NCBI GenBank assembly: GCA_964035545.1 | Contig: OZ037771.1 | Coordinates: 12,218,480-12,282,479, forward strand | Length of the DNA: 64,000 bases | Direction of reading: 5' to 3' | Source of the DNA: Bugula neritina | Taxonomy: Eukaryota > Animalia > Bryozoa | Shown: piece by piece, positions 14,101-27,063 of the stretch | Layout of the letters: each line of letters starts with the position of its first letter | Numbering within the stretch: the first letter of the stretch is position 1 | The notes under the pieces: generated by a model | The model's input: only the letters and a program-made list of their open reading frames with translations | The model's database searches: none | What the model was told of the DNA's origin: nothing | Translations under genes and position numbers: made by a program

Positions 14101-16341
14101 TAATAAAAATAACATGGGGAATTAAGAATTTATATGTACAGCTTTTCTGAAACAACTTGTTTCTATACCAGAAATCGATTGACAATGACCATTAAAGCAG
14201 TAATTAGTGAAACTGAAAAACCTCAAAACAAAAATTTCATAAAAAACATAACACTTGTGGTAGAACTATGAGTACTAGTAGATGAGACTACAACAAAACT
14301 TTACTTTTTAGCACAATGGCTGGTATTTCATGTAATGAATCTGCAAAAGCAAATATCCAAATTATTGTATGAGCTATGTACAATGAAGGGAGAGTAGACA
14401 GTCTTCTATGTAGGCAGTAAGTTGGGGGTTAATGGGGTTGACCAGCAGTGAGGAACACCTTGAATGGCAATAAAGACTGTAGGTCAGAGCATATTGATAG
14501 GTTGTAAACATAAATTTACATCAGAGGTTACTTGCTGCAACATAATGACAACGTAATATGAACCTGGTTTTTACCACTATTGTGAATTTGTCAATGCACT
14601 AACTTGAGTGGATGTTTACATGATCTAAATGCAGAATTGCACTAAATAACCCCTAGAAATGATCTGGTACGTTCCTGGTAAACCTAACAAATAAATATTT
14701 AGACATGACATTCCTAAAATGTTGCAAATTGGAGTTTTGAAGTCAATCTCAAATCCTAAAACACCAAAAATGCAACACCTAATAAAACGCTTACAAAAAG
14801 CGAAAATAATGTATATAATTGGCTGCTTGTGACACATTATTAAAAGAATAATTCATTTCCAAATGCTAATTTACATTTTCAATGGGGTTATATAGGTGAT
14901 TTCAGACCTGTACTAAAAAGTCTATCACAGCAGCATATTGTTAAATTGGAGCAGATGTGAAAAAACTAAGTATTTTCACTAAATATGATTGATGTTATAC
15001 ACTAAGTTTCCAAGCATTGCATTTCCAAATTGATTTTTCATTAAATGTTTGGAAAGATGAGACCCCAACCATAAGTAAATGCAAACCACAAGCACAAGTC
15101 CATATGTATGAGCATCCATTCCCATAATGCAAAGCAATCAAAATGGAATGATAATAAGTTTAAAACCTTGCACCATTATCATGTAGCCAGTTTACCTGAA
15201 CTGGTGTAGAAAACCTTTGTGCTAACCTCTTCTATGCTATAATTCAAATATCGGAGCTCTTAGTTTTCCTGGTGAAAGATGGATCGGGCAACTTTCCTTC
15301 AACACTAAAAAGAAATAATAGTACATGAGAATATTATACACTAACCATTAAAATGAAAATCAAAAATACCAAATAATTATGAATTATGAAGTTTTGGGAA
15401 AATACAAACAAGATCAGCCAACATTAAATATGAATTAGCCACCTTTAGGGTCAAAACAATTATCAACAAGCTATGAAGCCCTTTATCAAACTATAAACAA
15501 TGAACCAATGGCTGCCAGGTCTGCTTTCTACATTGAAACATATTTTTAAGTTTCTGGCAATATGACCAACAAGTTTTGCAGAGTCTGAGATGGTTAGGCC
15601 AAGTGTACAGAATGGGAAACAGTTGGTGACCAAGACAGCTGCTTTACTCTCAGTTGAAAAATGAAGAAAGAAATAGGGGAGGCCTAGAGAGAGAGGGGGG
15701 GGGGAGGCAGAGAGAGACCTAGCAATATCAAAATTAGCTATACATGCTGAGTCTCTGCCACTTGCTACTGTAGTATTTTGACGATATTGCGTACCATTAT
15801 AATAATTTACTACTATTTTTGTAAAGTCATTTGATGCAAAATTAACAAGTGACTAAAAATAATACATGAAACACAACATGATACATTTACAGCATTGAAC
15901 TCAAATAATTCAAAACCTACACTGAATAATTGTTCAACTAACATCACATGAAAATATGTGTCTATTCCTACATATGTTCAGCTGGTTTTAATGCATGGTT
16001 GCCTCTTTAGCATTACATCAGAGAGCAGCATTTTGCGATAGCCTCTGGAATTGTTAATCGGAATTTAAACTTAGTGAACACAAAACAATAGATTACGTAC
16101 TACAATGGTGCTCACTACAGATTAGACATCTGCTCAAGTAGATATTGGAGATTTTAAGTTTTTCATAGCATTTAACACCTACCCACACTTTCTGAGCTTC
16201 AAATTTGTACAACATTTTTTTCCCTCTAGTTTCATGGTTCTTTTGACAGTCTGTTAGCGGTTAGCAAACAGACTAAAAAGAACCGATCTTCATTTCCAAT
16301 AGTCTAAAATATAATACAAATAGATATAAATTTCATTACAG

Positions 16342-16445
16342 GGAGCAGCTGTGGCCTAGGGGTTAGAAATCTGGTTTAGTAAGCCAGTAGTCATGGGTTC
16401 ACTGCCCAGTAAAAGCCATCTTTGATGTTAAGCATCCACATCCAG
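16342..16445 (+). mobile_element. tRNA-derived SINE head
   Basis: GCAGCTGTGGCCTAGGGGTTAG...GGGTTCACTGCCC: degenerate A and B boxes. Confidence 0.55.
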
Positions 16446-19029
16446 TAAAACTGTGCAGGGGAGTAATAAATTATGCTAACTTCTTTTAGCATGCAAATTT
16501 ACGATTATAAAAAGCTTATAAATGAATGCTACATTTTAACAGTCAACAAATAGTAAATGAACAAATGTGTTCGAAAGCATTAAAAACTAATAACAAAACC
16601 CTGCCATCCAATACTGCCAAAAACTTTAGACTAGAGAACAAGCGTTTCATGCTTAAAGTTGGAGAATGATGCTGTAAGGTGCTGATGTGTAACAAATAAC
16701 TGAAGGTCACGAATAATTTTCCTTGGGGAGTTAGTGGCCACAGCCTGAGTTTAGGAAAATTTTCACTCACTTGAACAAGTGTCCATGAGCATAGCTCACA
16801 ATAAGGAGAATCACCGTTTCAGTGCGCCCTAGAAAAAATATAGTGTCAATATATGAAATTGTGAGAAGCAAATTATAACAATAGCTAAATAAGGCAAAAA
16901 TGTTAAGAAATTATATGTATACTCTAGAAGTTATCATGTAACAGATAAATGCATAATTGACAACTGATTGAATAAACATAGATGACCAATAATTTCACTT
17001 CACTTAAATATAATATAAAATACTAACGATTATTTGAAACACAAATGACCCAAATATTTTTTAGAATTTGATTGGACAATTTGAATAATTTACCATTGAT
17101 TATAGAGATGACCTTGAGGGTGTAAGCTACAAATTTTTCAACCATCGTATTGTTACACAATTGGCAAGTTGATGGGAGTAGAGACAGCCTTTCACCTAAA
17201 ACATAGATTACAAGCTAAAACAGTGTTTTAGCTTAAAACAACAAATTATAAATTGTTGGGTATAAAAAATGCAAAATAATAGTAACAACACCTAAAATTG
17301 GTGATGGCTGGTTAATTAAAATAAAAGTTACTAAAAATTACCTACTAATCAAGAGTTTCCTAGTTTCCATGCCAGTAATTGTATTCCTATGAAGAATTGA
17401 TCGGATTTTGTCCCATTTAACTGAGGTAGCCTCTATATACGTTGGTGCTCTTTGAGGCTGCCGGGCATACTGCTCAAGGAGTTCTAACAATTGTTGAACA
17501 TCTGAAAACATAAACAACCTTAAATTGTAGTAAAAAAATTAGCATATATATATGCTTATACATACATAGACAAGGGTAAGGTGTCTGACAGTATTTTGAA
17601 AGTGATGTAAAGAAGTTGTATGTACAATTCATTACATTCCATGAGCCATAAATACATGAATATTATCAGGTGCTTATTGGCTGTAAAAAGCCTAATTTGG
17701 ACTTAATACTATTTATTCGTGTTTTTACAAGTTGATTAGGTGGCTAAAACACAAAATTAGGTAGGAAACTTTACGTTCACGCAATAATTTTTCATTTTCG
17801 CCATTTACAGTACTACAACATATAGGATCATTGTGTGATGGTTTAGGGTGTTGTTTATCAAAATCTAAAATGAACATATCAAAATTGTGCAGCAAAAATT
17901 GTGCCAGTACAAAGACAACATTTATGTATTCACCAGAACTTTGCTTTAGAATAGATGTAAAAATAATCTGTCAATTGCTCTGAGGCAGCTTTTTTCAACT
18001 CATCACTGTATTCTTTCAGCTTGGTCAAACAGATTTGTGACAATTCTAAAAGATTGAACAAATTCAATATTGTGTATGAAGAAAACTGATTAAAAACCAA
18101 GCTACAAAACTCATCATAGTTAGTATAACATGCACTTACTTTCTTGACGTCTTTTCAATCATCGTTTTTCAAGTTGCAAATTGTTTCAGTACCATTTTTG
18201 ATTTTATCTTCCTCGATACCTTTTTCTGCCAAAGCCTCAAGCCGGGATAAACAGACTGAATAGCTTTATTCATCGTTATCCATGGTCTATAAATCATTAT
18301 AAACAAATATTTTCAACTTGTTAATGGTTATGCATATATTTTTATTTTTATATTTTGAGAATGACCATTATGAACATCTTATTTTCAACTATGACTAGGA
18401 CACTCATAGTAATAGTGAACCCTAATTATCTATACATCAATATTGTTCACTACATTCTTAACAGTTAAATACATATAATAATATTCAGAAACATAATATA
18501 CCCCGTGTTAATTAGCTATATGCAATTTCACCAACTCCAGGCTAGGATTCCAATTCAATTCATTCCAATTCAACTTCTTTTTATTACTATTGCGTCGATT
18601 ATAAGTGAGTAAATACTTATAGTTATACTCATAGTGTTTTCATCAAGACTGAACCTAAATTGTAGTTAGTTAGTCACTCACACTGGGTAACTTTTAAATT
18701 TATTGCATTATGATTATAATTATTCATTTATTGGAACAGAAAACAACTAAGTTCCAAATTGAAAGAGAAAGAATCAGTACTGTGAGTGATTATAACTAAA
18801 TATAAGTTAACGGACTGAGACTGAGACTACCATTAGATTTTTCTTAGTAAACAAACGCATAATCAATTAATAATGAAATATAACTTGATACCAACTCATA
18901 GTGATAGTCATATAAATTATCTATTACAGCATTAGATTAGACTTACTCTTAGTCTTACTACCTACTGGTAATACTAATTGAGTAATCAGTAATAGTAATA
19001 ACTAACTAATAAGGTATTAGACATCAGAA

Positions 19030-19145
19030 CTACTAGTAGGCCTACTACTACTAGTACTACTAGTACTAGTAACTAGAGTACTACTACTACTACTACTACT
19101 ACTAGAGTACTAGTACTACTACTGTACTAGTAGTAATAATAATTT
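19030..19145. repeat. (TAC/TAG)n microsatellite-like tract
   Basis: TACTACTACTAGTACTACTAGTACTAGT... seen directly. Confidence 0.9.
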
Positions 19146-19314
19146 ATATCAAAAATGAGCACATTGTTTTACTAATGATATTATCAACCTAATAGCAATA
19201 GTACCAACCTGATTCGTAATGGGTTTTCTTGAAGAATGGAACTAGATTGTAATTACTAGCATGTGTATACATACTAAATTAGTATCTAATAATATATTAT
19301 TATGCAACTTATGA

Positions 19315-19560
19315 TTATCGCCCCATTTGCGGAGCAGTCAGGCCGAATTTATTATGAACACAAGAGGCGAGTAAGCTTGCGCGGATAAATTACTGGCCAC
19401 TATGGTAGACTAGACCTGTTTTGACCGAATATCGGTTTTACTTGAACCTCGCCCCAAGGTCCAATGCCTAATCGGAGCCCGCTGCTCCTTTGGTCAAATG
19501 ACTCAAAGATCCAATTTCAATTTGGAATACCGTAGGCGTACTCAAACTTCTAGGCTAGGG
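19315..19560. promoter_or_regulatory. CpG-rich promoter-like core, possibly bidirectional
   Basis: Local GC/CpG enrichment in CpG-poor DNA with TGCGCG and CCAAT motifs; minus-strand exon relics to the left and plus-strand relics to the right. Confidence 0.5.
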
Positions 19561-22189
19561 CATATGTGTAGTTATTATTGAAAAATAGATTAATAATTAG
19601 TAATACTACTACTAATAGTAATACTAATACGAATGCACTAATGGTAATAGTTATAATGTCACGATTAGACATTACATTTGCTCTTACTCTTACTCTTAGT
19701 TATAATAATAATCATATTATTATTTATAAATATGAATATCACTCTCACTCTGACTCTCCGTCTAAGTCTATCAGTATCACTATCAGTATCACTGCCAGTA
19801 TAGCTATAACTATAAGTATCACTCAATCAGTTTCATTATGACTATGATAAAATCATAAAATGATAAATAATTCACTGATAGTCAAAGTCATAGTGATAAC
19901 AGTTACTGATTAGACTTAGAGTGATATTAAATTAGTAATCAGCATAGATGTGAGTATAACTATCACTGTAGTACTCTTAATCATAATCATAATGATTATG
20001 ATAATCATAATGGTAGTGATATGAGTATCACTATCAGTATGGGACCAACTAATACTAATACTAATAGTAATACTGTAAAGTGTAATACTAATACTAATAG
20101 TAATAGTGATAGTATCAAATTGAAATTAATCAATAGTAAATATAGTTATACTTAAACTTAAAGACTTATACTTATAGTAGACGCAGTAATACTAATAGTT
20201 ATACTTATAGTATTAGAACCTTATAGTTATACTATGTCTATAGTCTATGACGGTATGACATACCCATAAATGGTCATGGTGATGTCTAAGTCCTACTTCA
20301 AAATAGCAGTTAAACTTAAAGTTTGATATTCTACTCTGTATCATACACCTTACATGTGATGCTGAGTATCATTATGATTATCACTTTAGGCTTATGAGTA
20401 TCACTTTCAGTAAGATACTCATACTGTGACTATGAGTTATACTTATAGTCATACCCCGATACCCATACTTCTACTTCTAGTGATCTACTCCTACTCCTAG
20501 TTCTACGGGCAAGGCTACTCACTCATATTCATAGTCATAGTAACTGATAGTGGTGTAACCTAAACTAATACAATAACCAATGCCAAAAGACAAGGTAAAG
20601 CTAAAATTAAAAGTAGAAACCTAAGGGTCATAAATCATATATGTAATGGTGTTTTAGTTTATGTTTGCTTATGCTCATTTTATGTTTATGCTACCTAGTA
20701 CCAACTCATCAGTAACTTAGTTTTATAATGATAATTATACTTATACTTATAGCCTACACCCTATAGCTTATTTAATTTTGACTCTACCTTGCCCTTTGGC
20801 ATTGATTTAGTTTTGATTAAATTGTTATATTTAATGTTTTTCATGAACTTTATGAAGTTTTATTGATAAGTTATCATATAGTAATACTAATGGTAATAGT
20901 GATAATTGTATCATAATGATGATATTGATATATAGAATATTATGACCATCAATGTATCACTGTGAATGTAATAATTTTTATATAAGTAAATTAATTTACT
21001 ATTAAATAAAACTTGTGCAAGTTTATAGTTGACATCCCTGTGAGAAACCCCTGATGGGAAAGGTTTTTTTGTTAAATGGGGCTAAGGAATTATTTATTTG
21101 GAGCATAGGAGCAATTATGACTGGATGCTTTTCCTAACAAATGACAGTAATGAAAAATTGAATATTATTGTTATCTAATCATTATGTGAGGTTAACTTTT
21201 ATGTTAGGAATCTCAATAGCATGAGCATACAATTCAATCATCCCCATGTTGGCTGTGATTTTCTTAATCATACTTATTAAGTTTGCAGTTTTTGATATTT
21301 GATGGATATAGTATTCATAATAATAGTCACTTAAATTTGATGGTAATATTGATCAATAAATTTCAAGTACACTGACTAAATCTAATGATTAGTGGTAATG
21401 AAACTAACGACACTCAAACTGATTTGCCTCAAGACTGAACTATGTTTTCTAAGTGATGACAGACTAAGATTAAGTTTAATAATAGGGCAGTAGTACATTT
21501 GACTAGAAGTATAAGCTAAAGTATACAACCATAAGTGAGTAACCATGATGTTATCTCGACCAACGCAATCTCAATACTAATACCTGATTTATTGATAATT
21601 TTACCATATATTTGAGTATGAGTATGTAACTGTATCAATATGATGAAACTTATACAGTTATGCACATAGTGATAGTGAAAGTATCTAAAACTGTTGCAAA
21701 ATCCAACTTTATTCAAAACTTTGCTACAAATACTTGAGTTTTAATTTTAAGGTTGATCATAAAAAGTTAAAATTATTGTGAATAAATTTATTTTAACTGT
21801 TCATTTTGCTTCAAAATTATCTTTTAATTCAATGAAGTTTTAATGAATATTAATTTATTTATATTTCAACAAGTCACTGTTTTAATTAATATAGGTATAA
21901 GTTTAGGTATCTAATAACTTTAACCATCATAACATTCATCATTTTTAGATTTTATGCCAATTGCTAAATTATAATACCCATACTGATATCACCACTATTG
22001 AATTATTTTTCTCATTCACCTATGTTTGTAATACGGTTATTGCTTGTTAGTTAGCATATATAACAACTATAGTAATAGCTATAACTACAAGCATATTTAA
22101 TATGCTAAGGTATATTGAGAGATTGTCATAAATATCTCAGTGATCATATGCATGATACCCTTAGCATTCATGTCTTGAACATCTAGCCA

Positions 22190-22740
22190 TGGATCCCTTT
22201 ATATTGTTTTCAGTGTTGAATGCCCATCCTGCATGAATGCCTTGCCTCCATTTGAGAGGTGGTAAATTGATTGGATTTTATGTAAAATTCCTTAAGCTCT
22301 TGTTTCAGGACATCCTCAAACCTTAGATATAAGTTCTTCTAGCTGGATGAGTTCCTTTTGATATTAATGCATGCAATCGGATGAGATACTTTGGCATGTT
22401 GACCAGCCCAGTGAAGACAGAAGAAATTCAGTTTTGAAGAAAGAGAATCCGGGTCTGTGATTTCAAATACATCTTCATTTATCATTTTATCCTCCCAGAT
22501 TTTACTCAACATGCATCTTAAACTCCAGGTATGAAAAGTGCTGAGCTTTGATTCTTGCAGTCCACATGTTGCCCATGTTTTTGATCCACAAGGAAGAATG
22601 CTGAGAACACCAACTGCGTAGACTTTTTTTTGGCGTGAATATTAGGGTGTTTGTTTGTCCATATTTGCTAGTTCACAAAGCGGAATTATTTTGGTATTTG
22701 TCATATCCTGCAGAGCCCATTTAAATGTTTGAGCAGAAAA
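22190..22740 (-). mobile_element. RTE-clade LINE, 3' fragment
   Basis: Minus strand reads VGVLSILPCGSKTW..KLSTFHTWSLRCML..WEDKMINEDV..LHWAGQH..LRFEDVLKQEL, matching the RTE post-RT region (LLYGSETW, W.DK..N, LRWAGH). Confidence 0.8.
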
Positions 22741-22824
22741 AGTAAAAATAAATATTTTGCAGTGTGTTTACTGTTTTGATGATGGTTTTAGGGAAACATC
22801 TAGATTTACCATTCATGTACTTGT

Positions 22825-25160
22825 GACAGGCCTGTGTTTCAGCGATTATAGGAGAGTATAATTTTTCTTTAATAGAATTGAGTCATGCAAGGGAAGCTGG
22901 TTTCCTTACTTTATTAAGCAAAATTTGCTATCACAACAACAGAAGTGTTGCTAGCCTTGATTTGGAAACATTTTATATTTATAACTCTGAAGCTTATTTT
23001 GAGACATTTGGCTGCATGTTGGATAGATTGCATAGCATCTTTACTTGCGCTAATACTTAGAAGCATTTACTTGGTTTTCCTATAGTTTTATTTTGAATGT
23101 TTTTATGATATATTGCAGAACTGTGGGTTCATTCTACTTGTAAGTATATTCCATAGGTCTAACTCAAACCCTGTGAATTTTCAAGTTAATATGGCAAGCT
23201 ATGATGAAAGAAATGCTAAACTGGACAGGTAATAGAAAAGAAAGTCCGATAATTTTTTTAATTGTAATTTAAATTACTTAGCTTGCATTACTCAGCAGTA
23301 TGGTAGCAGTGGTAGAACCACCAGCAGCAGCAGCAGGAGTAGATTATAGTATAGTAGTATTGATAAAATGATTGATAGATTAGAACTGTAATTTTGAATA
23401 TTAAAAATATGACAATGCCACTGTGCGCCATAAATTTCTTGTTGGCCATTAAAATCAGCCATTAAATCAGTTTTCTTTTGGCTAGAACAAGCACTGCTGC
23501 CTGGACATAGTAATATATTATATGTATGGACTGTATGTTAATTATATGTAGAGGAATTATTTTTGCTAGCTTTAATAAAAAACCCTGCTCGTTTCTCATA
23601 TTATTGTATTGTCAGTTTCAGCAATTTCAGGCCAGATAAATTTAAATTATTATACCTTGCAAATTTTAGGCCTGTTCCAGTCTACCTGTCAACACATTTG
23701 TTTGATCTAATCTAATTATGATGGCCTTCCAAGCAACGTAGTTAGCAAAAGTGAGAGAACTAATATTGCTTTTTCAGCCTATATTATGTTTGAAACCAGT
23801 AAAATAATAGAAATCATGAAACTAGTAATAGGCAATCCTATAATGCTGTTTAATAAACTTATATGCGCTGTTACTTTAGTGATTTCGACGCTGTTTTATA
23901 AATTATTAGCAATCTTTTAAAGATGAATAAATATACATTTTCTTTTAGTATGTCACCAATTGGAATATTTTGACCTGTATACCTATCTAGTGGAGGTGTT
24001 AATTTGTAAACATATTGGTTTTACCAAGATCAGTGATTAAAGCAGTTGCTGAAAGCCAAAGTAAAATGCTAACTAAAGTTCATATCTAGTGGGCTACAAT
24101 TTGCCAACTTCTATAAAGCATATAATAGCTAGTAATTGTTTCTATGCTGTACCACTTGACGGTCTGTTCTCTTTTACCTTACTCTATATTATGCTGTATA
24201 AATTCTAGCACACCTATCTGGTTTTTAATCATTTCTTGCACCATATGCCAATAATTTTTACGTAGATGCATACAATCGGACAGCTGGATGGCCTGGCCAT
24301 TGTGGAGAAGCATCATAACCACCTGCTTGGTGTTGGAGCTGAGTGCATATCAAGGTGGGTAGCACAACTTCTTAGTTCATAAGTATAGCAGCCTAGTTTT
24401 TTAAAAGGTTTGACTATATTAAAATATAAACATTTTGTTATTGCACTAATACAATGATAAAATGAGCAAACAGTTTCCAATATAACTTGCTGCTGGTAAG
24501 ATTTACAGTATTTGTAGTAGAAACAATATTAGTAGTGATGGCGGTGGTAGTGGTAAAAGTAGTAGTAGCAGTAGTAGTAGTAGCAGCAGTAGTAGTAGTA
24601 GCAGTAGCAGTAGTAGAAGTAGTAGCAGCAGCAGCAGTAGTAGCAGTAGTAGTAGAAGTAGTAGTAGCAGTAGCAGTAGTACTAGTAGTAGTAGTATAGT
24701 AGCAGTAGTATAGTAGTAGAAGTAATAATAATAAAATAATAGAATTATTAGTAGTAGTGGTGAAGTTGCTTTTGGTTCTGACGTTAGTACTGTTAGCGGT
24801 AGAGATGGTGTTGGTAGAAATAGGATTAGTGGTTGTGCACTCATAGTTGAAGGCATAAAGCATAAACCAGAATTGAATACATATATAACATAGATATGAT
24901 ATGACTTCTTATTTATATTGATTTACTATCTTGCTGGAACATGGCTACCGCTGCATTTTCGCCATCAACATTAGTATTTGTATTATACACTTTCACTAAA
25001 CAAGCTTGTTAAATTTATAAAAAATTATGTAGGTGATGGCTGTTGCATATCTGTGTTTAATTTTAAAAATATCATGTTGCATAATTATTTTTTAGGTGTC
25101 TGGTGAGCGGACGACTTCATTTTCGGCTGCTTCATGGCACCTTTATTTTCGGAAAAGATG
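22825..25160 (+). pseudogene. Possible decayed plus-strand exons of an unknown gene
   Basis: AG/GT-bounded blocks at about 22876-23075, 23119-23139, 23157-23228 and 25096-25160; stops present and no family recognised. Confidence 0.35.
24530..24765. repeat. (TAG/CAG)n trinucleotide microsatellite
   Basis: GTAGTAGCAGTAGTA...; explains the poly-T, poly-V and poly-L ORFs in the track. Confidence 0.95.
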
Positions 25161-25829
25161 TAACCACTTGTAAAATCAGTTTTTTATGGTGAACTTAACA
25201 ATATAATGTTTAACACAATTCTCTCTTGGTTAAAAATAAAGGTATACCGTCTTTGGCTTTCTGTTATTTCTATATTGTGTTCTTCTGTTGCTATGTGTAA
25301 TTGATGAGATGACTCCAAACTCTTGCACATCCGCCACAATAAAGTAGATAATTTTGCTATGGGCATCAAGATTTTGTTATAAGTAGATATAGTTTTGCAA
25401 TGATAGTGTTGATGCTGCAGCAGGTAACATTCTAGTAGGATAAACCAAACAGAATTTAAGCTAAAACATTCTAAAAAAATACAGCATCGCTTGAGCCACC
25501 TTGCCTTCTCTCTTTTCTAGGCACAAGTTGTTAGCTAAATAAGGAAAAGACAAATTAATGATTTCTGTGAGAGTTGTCTACTACAAAAATTACGTAGCAG
25601 ATCATCATTAGTAACCATAACAACACGTACATGTTTACAGCACTCATGTGCTCTCTTTGTTCTGATTCGTCAACAGTAGCGCCCTAGACAGTCGATGTTA
25701 TCGCACGAAAATATATTGTTTATTGCGGCTAATATCGCGAAATGGCAAAATGAGGATCGACCCTGACAGTCGTAAAAGCCGTGTGATGCACTGTAAAATT
25801 CTTGGTTCCAAAGGACTAATTGGTATAAT

Positions 25830-26790
25830 GGTGCAGTGGTTTCACTGGGAAAATTCCTAAGCTGCCGTAAATTTCTTTGTGGCATATCCTGTCAAAGATT
25901 GGGAGGTTAAACCTAATTGCTGCATGTGTATGTAATAAATGACTGTTTGCAACATGACACTGTTTCCATCAGCATGTTTTAGAAAACAGTCTTGAATATT
26001 GTGAAGAAAATGTCTCCCACTTGAAAAAATTCATCATTTCTCTGATGGAGCAGCTGCTCATTATAAGAATTTAAAAAAAGTAGCAAATTTCGTGTCTCGT
26101 GAAGATGATTTCAGATTTCATGCTTAGTGGAACTCTTTTTTAACCAGTCATGACATAAATGCCTGTGATGGTGTAGGTGGAACAATTAAAAAAAGCTGCT
26201 AAAGCAGATTTGCAAGCAGTAACTCTCAGATATTTCTCAACTCTCAAAGACGTTTTTTTATTGGGGCTTATCCCACATAGAAAATGCAACTTTTTTCTCT
26301 ACCGCTAATCATTTTCGCCTGAAAATGCTTGCTTCTCACTTGTAAAGGCCGTGACTGGTACCAGTGAATATCATTGTTTTACCCTTACAGTTAACAAAGG
26401 ACTGACTGCCAAGAGAATATCAGCAAATGATACAACAATGAAAGCTGCTGTTTTGATCTAAGGTTCATACTTTATGTAAACATGATAATTTTTTTTGCCC
26501 AGGAGTGGAACGTTATAAATAATGCACATACGATGAGAACTGGTGAGTAGGTTGTGTCCTAACCAAATTTGAGGAAAAATCTGATCTACTCCTTAAATAT
26601 ATGCATTTCTATGGACATACTCACTCATTTCACTGGCCTTCCCTGATTGAAGGATAAAGGCTGGGCCTCAAAACAATGTGTACTCTGATATGTTAAGACA
26701 CCAGCTACATTCAATGGAAAAAAGCACTACCTAAAGGCATATGATGCAACCTTCCTATCATGGATATTATTCAGGCTTTATGTAAAAGTT
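25830..26790 (+). pseudogene. Decayed Sola2-type transposase (C-terminal half)
   Basis: VQWFHW...INDCLQHDT...FSDGAAAHYKN (26041)...W.SFLTSHDINACDGVGGTIKK...YMHFYGHTHSFHWP, with stops and frameshifts. Assignment to Sola2 rests on recalled motifs (SDG..QYKN, TSHGK..CDG.GG) plus the GRG termini and 4-bp TSD. Confidence 0.75.
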
Positions 26791-26824
26791 TTGTGAAAAC
26801 TTTCGTAAATATGCCATTTAGTAA

Positions 26825-27063
26825 TAAATGATAATTATAATTTTTTTTTCTCATTTGCTATATATTTAAATCTATTTTGCTTTTAAATTGTAACCGTTTA
26901 CTGGTTTTACCTAAAATGAACCCAGTTTATTCACTTTTATGAAGTACAATGACTACTGATATCCAAATTAAATTTAAATGTTATGAAAGTAATTGCAGAT
27001 AATATATCAACAATTTTGGTATTTTTTATGACTTTATGCATGTTCCAGCAACTTTATAAGGTG
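26825..27063 (-). repeat. Right TIR, inner part (separated from the outer part by the nested element)
   Basis: Reverse complement matches about 6516-6752 (e.g. CATTTAAATTTAATTTGGATATCAGTA, TGGGTTCATTTTA). Confidence 0.88.

Larger units (their letters stand above)
9560..19260 (-). pseudogene. Decayed intron-containing gene of unknown family inside the Sola2-like element
   Basis: Series of AG...GT-bounded, GC-richer blocks: 18140-18286, 17934-18045, 17342-17501 (open: DVQQLLELLEQYARQPQRAPTYIEATSVKWDKIRSILHRN), 16771-16828, 15196-15304, about 13990-14095, about 11285-11435 and 10237-10367 (open). Most carry in-frame stops or phase conflicts. Confidence 0.6.

Noticed and set aside
9560-19260. 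Alternative genetic code or selenoprotein explanation for in-frame stops
   Set aside because: All three stop types and frameshifts occur, and TMTC3 reads cleanly in the standard code.
24438-24863. Poly-Thr, poly-Val and poly-Leu ORFs
   Set aside because: They are translations of the (TAG/CAG)n microsatellite.
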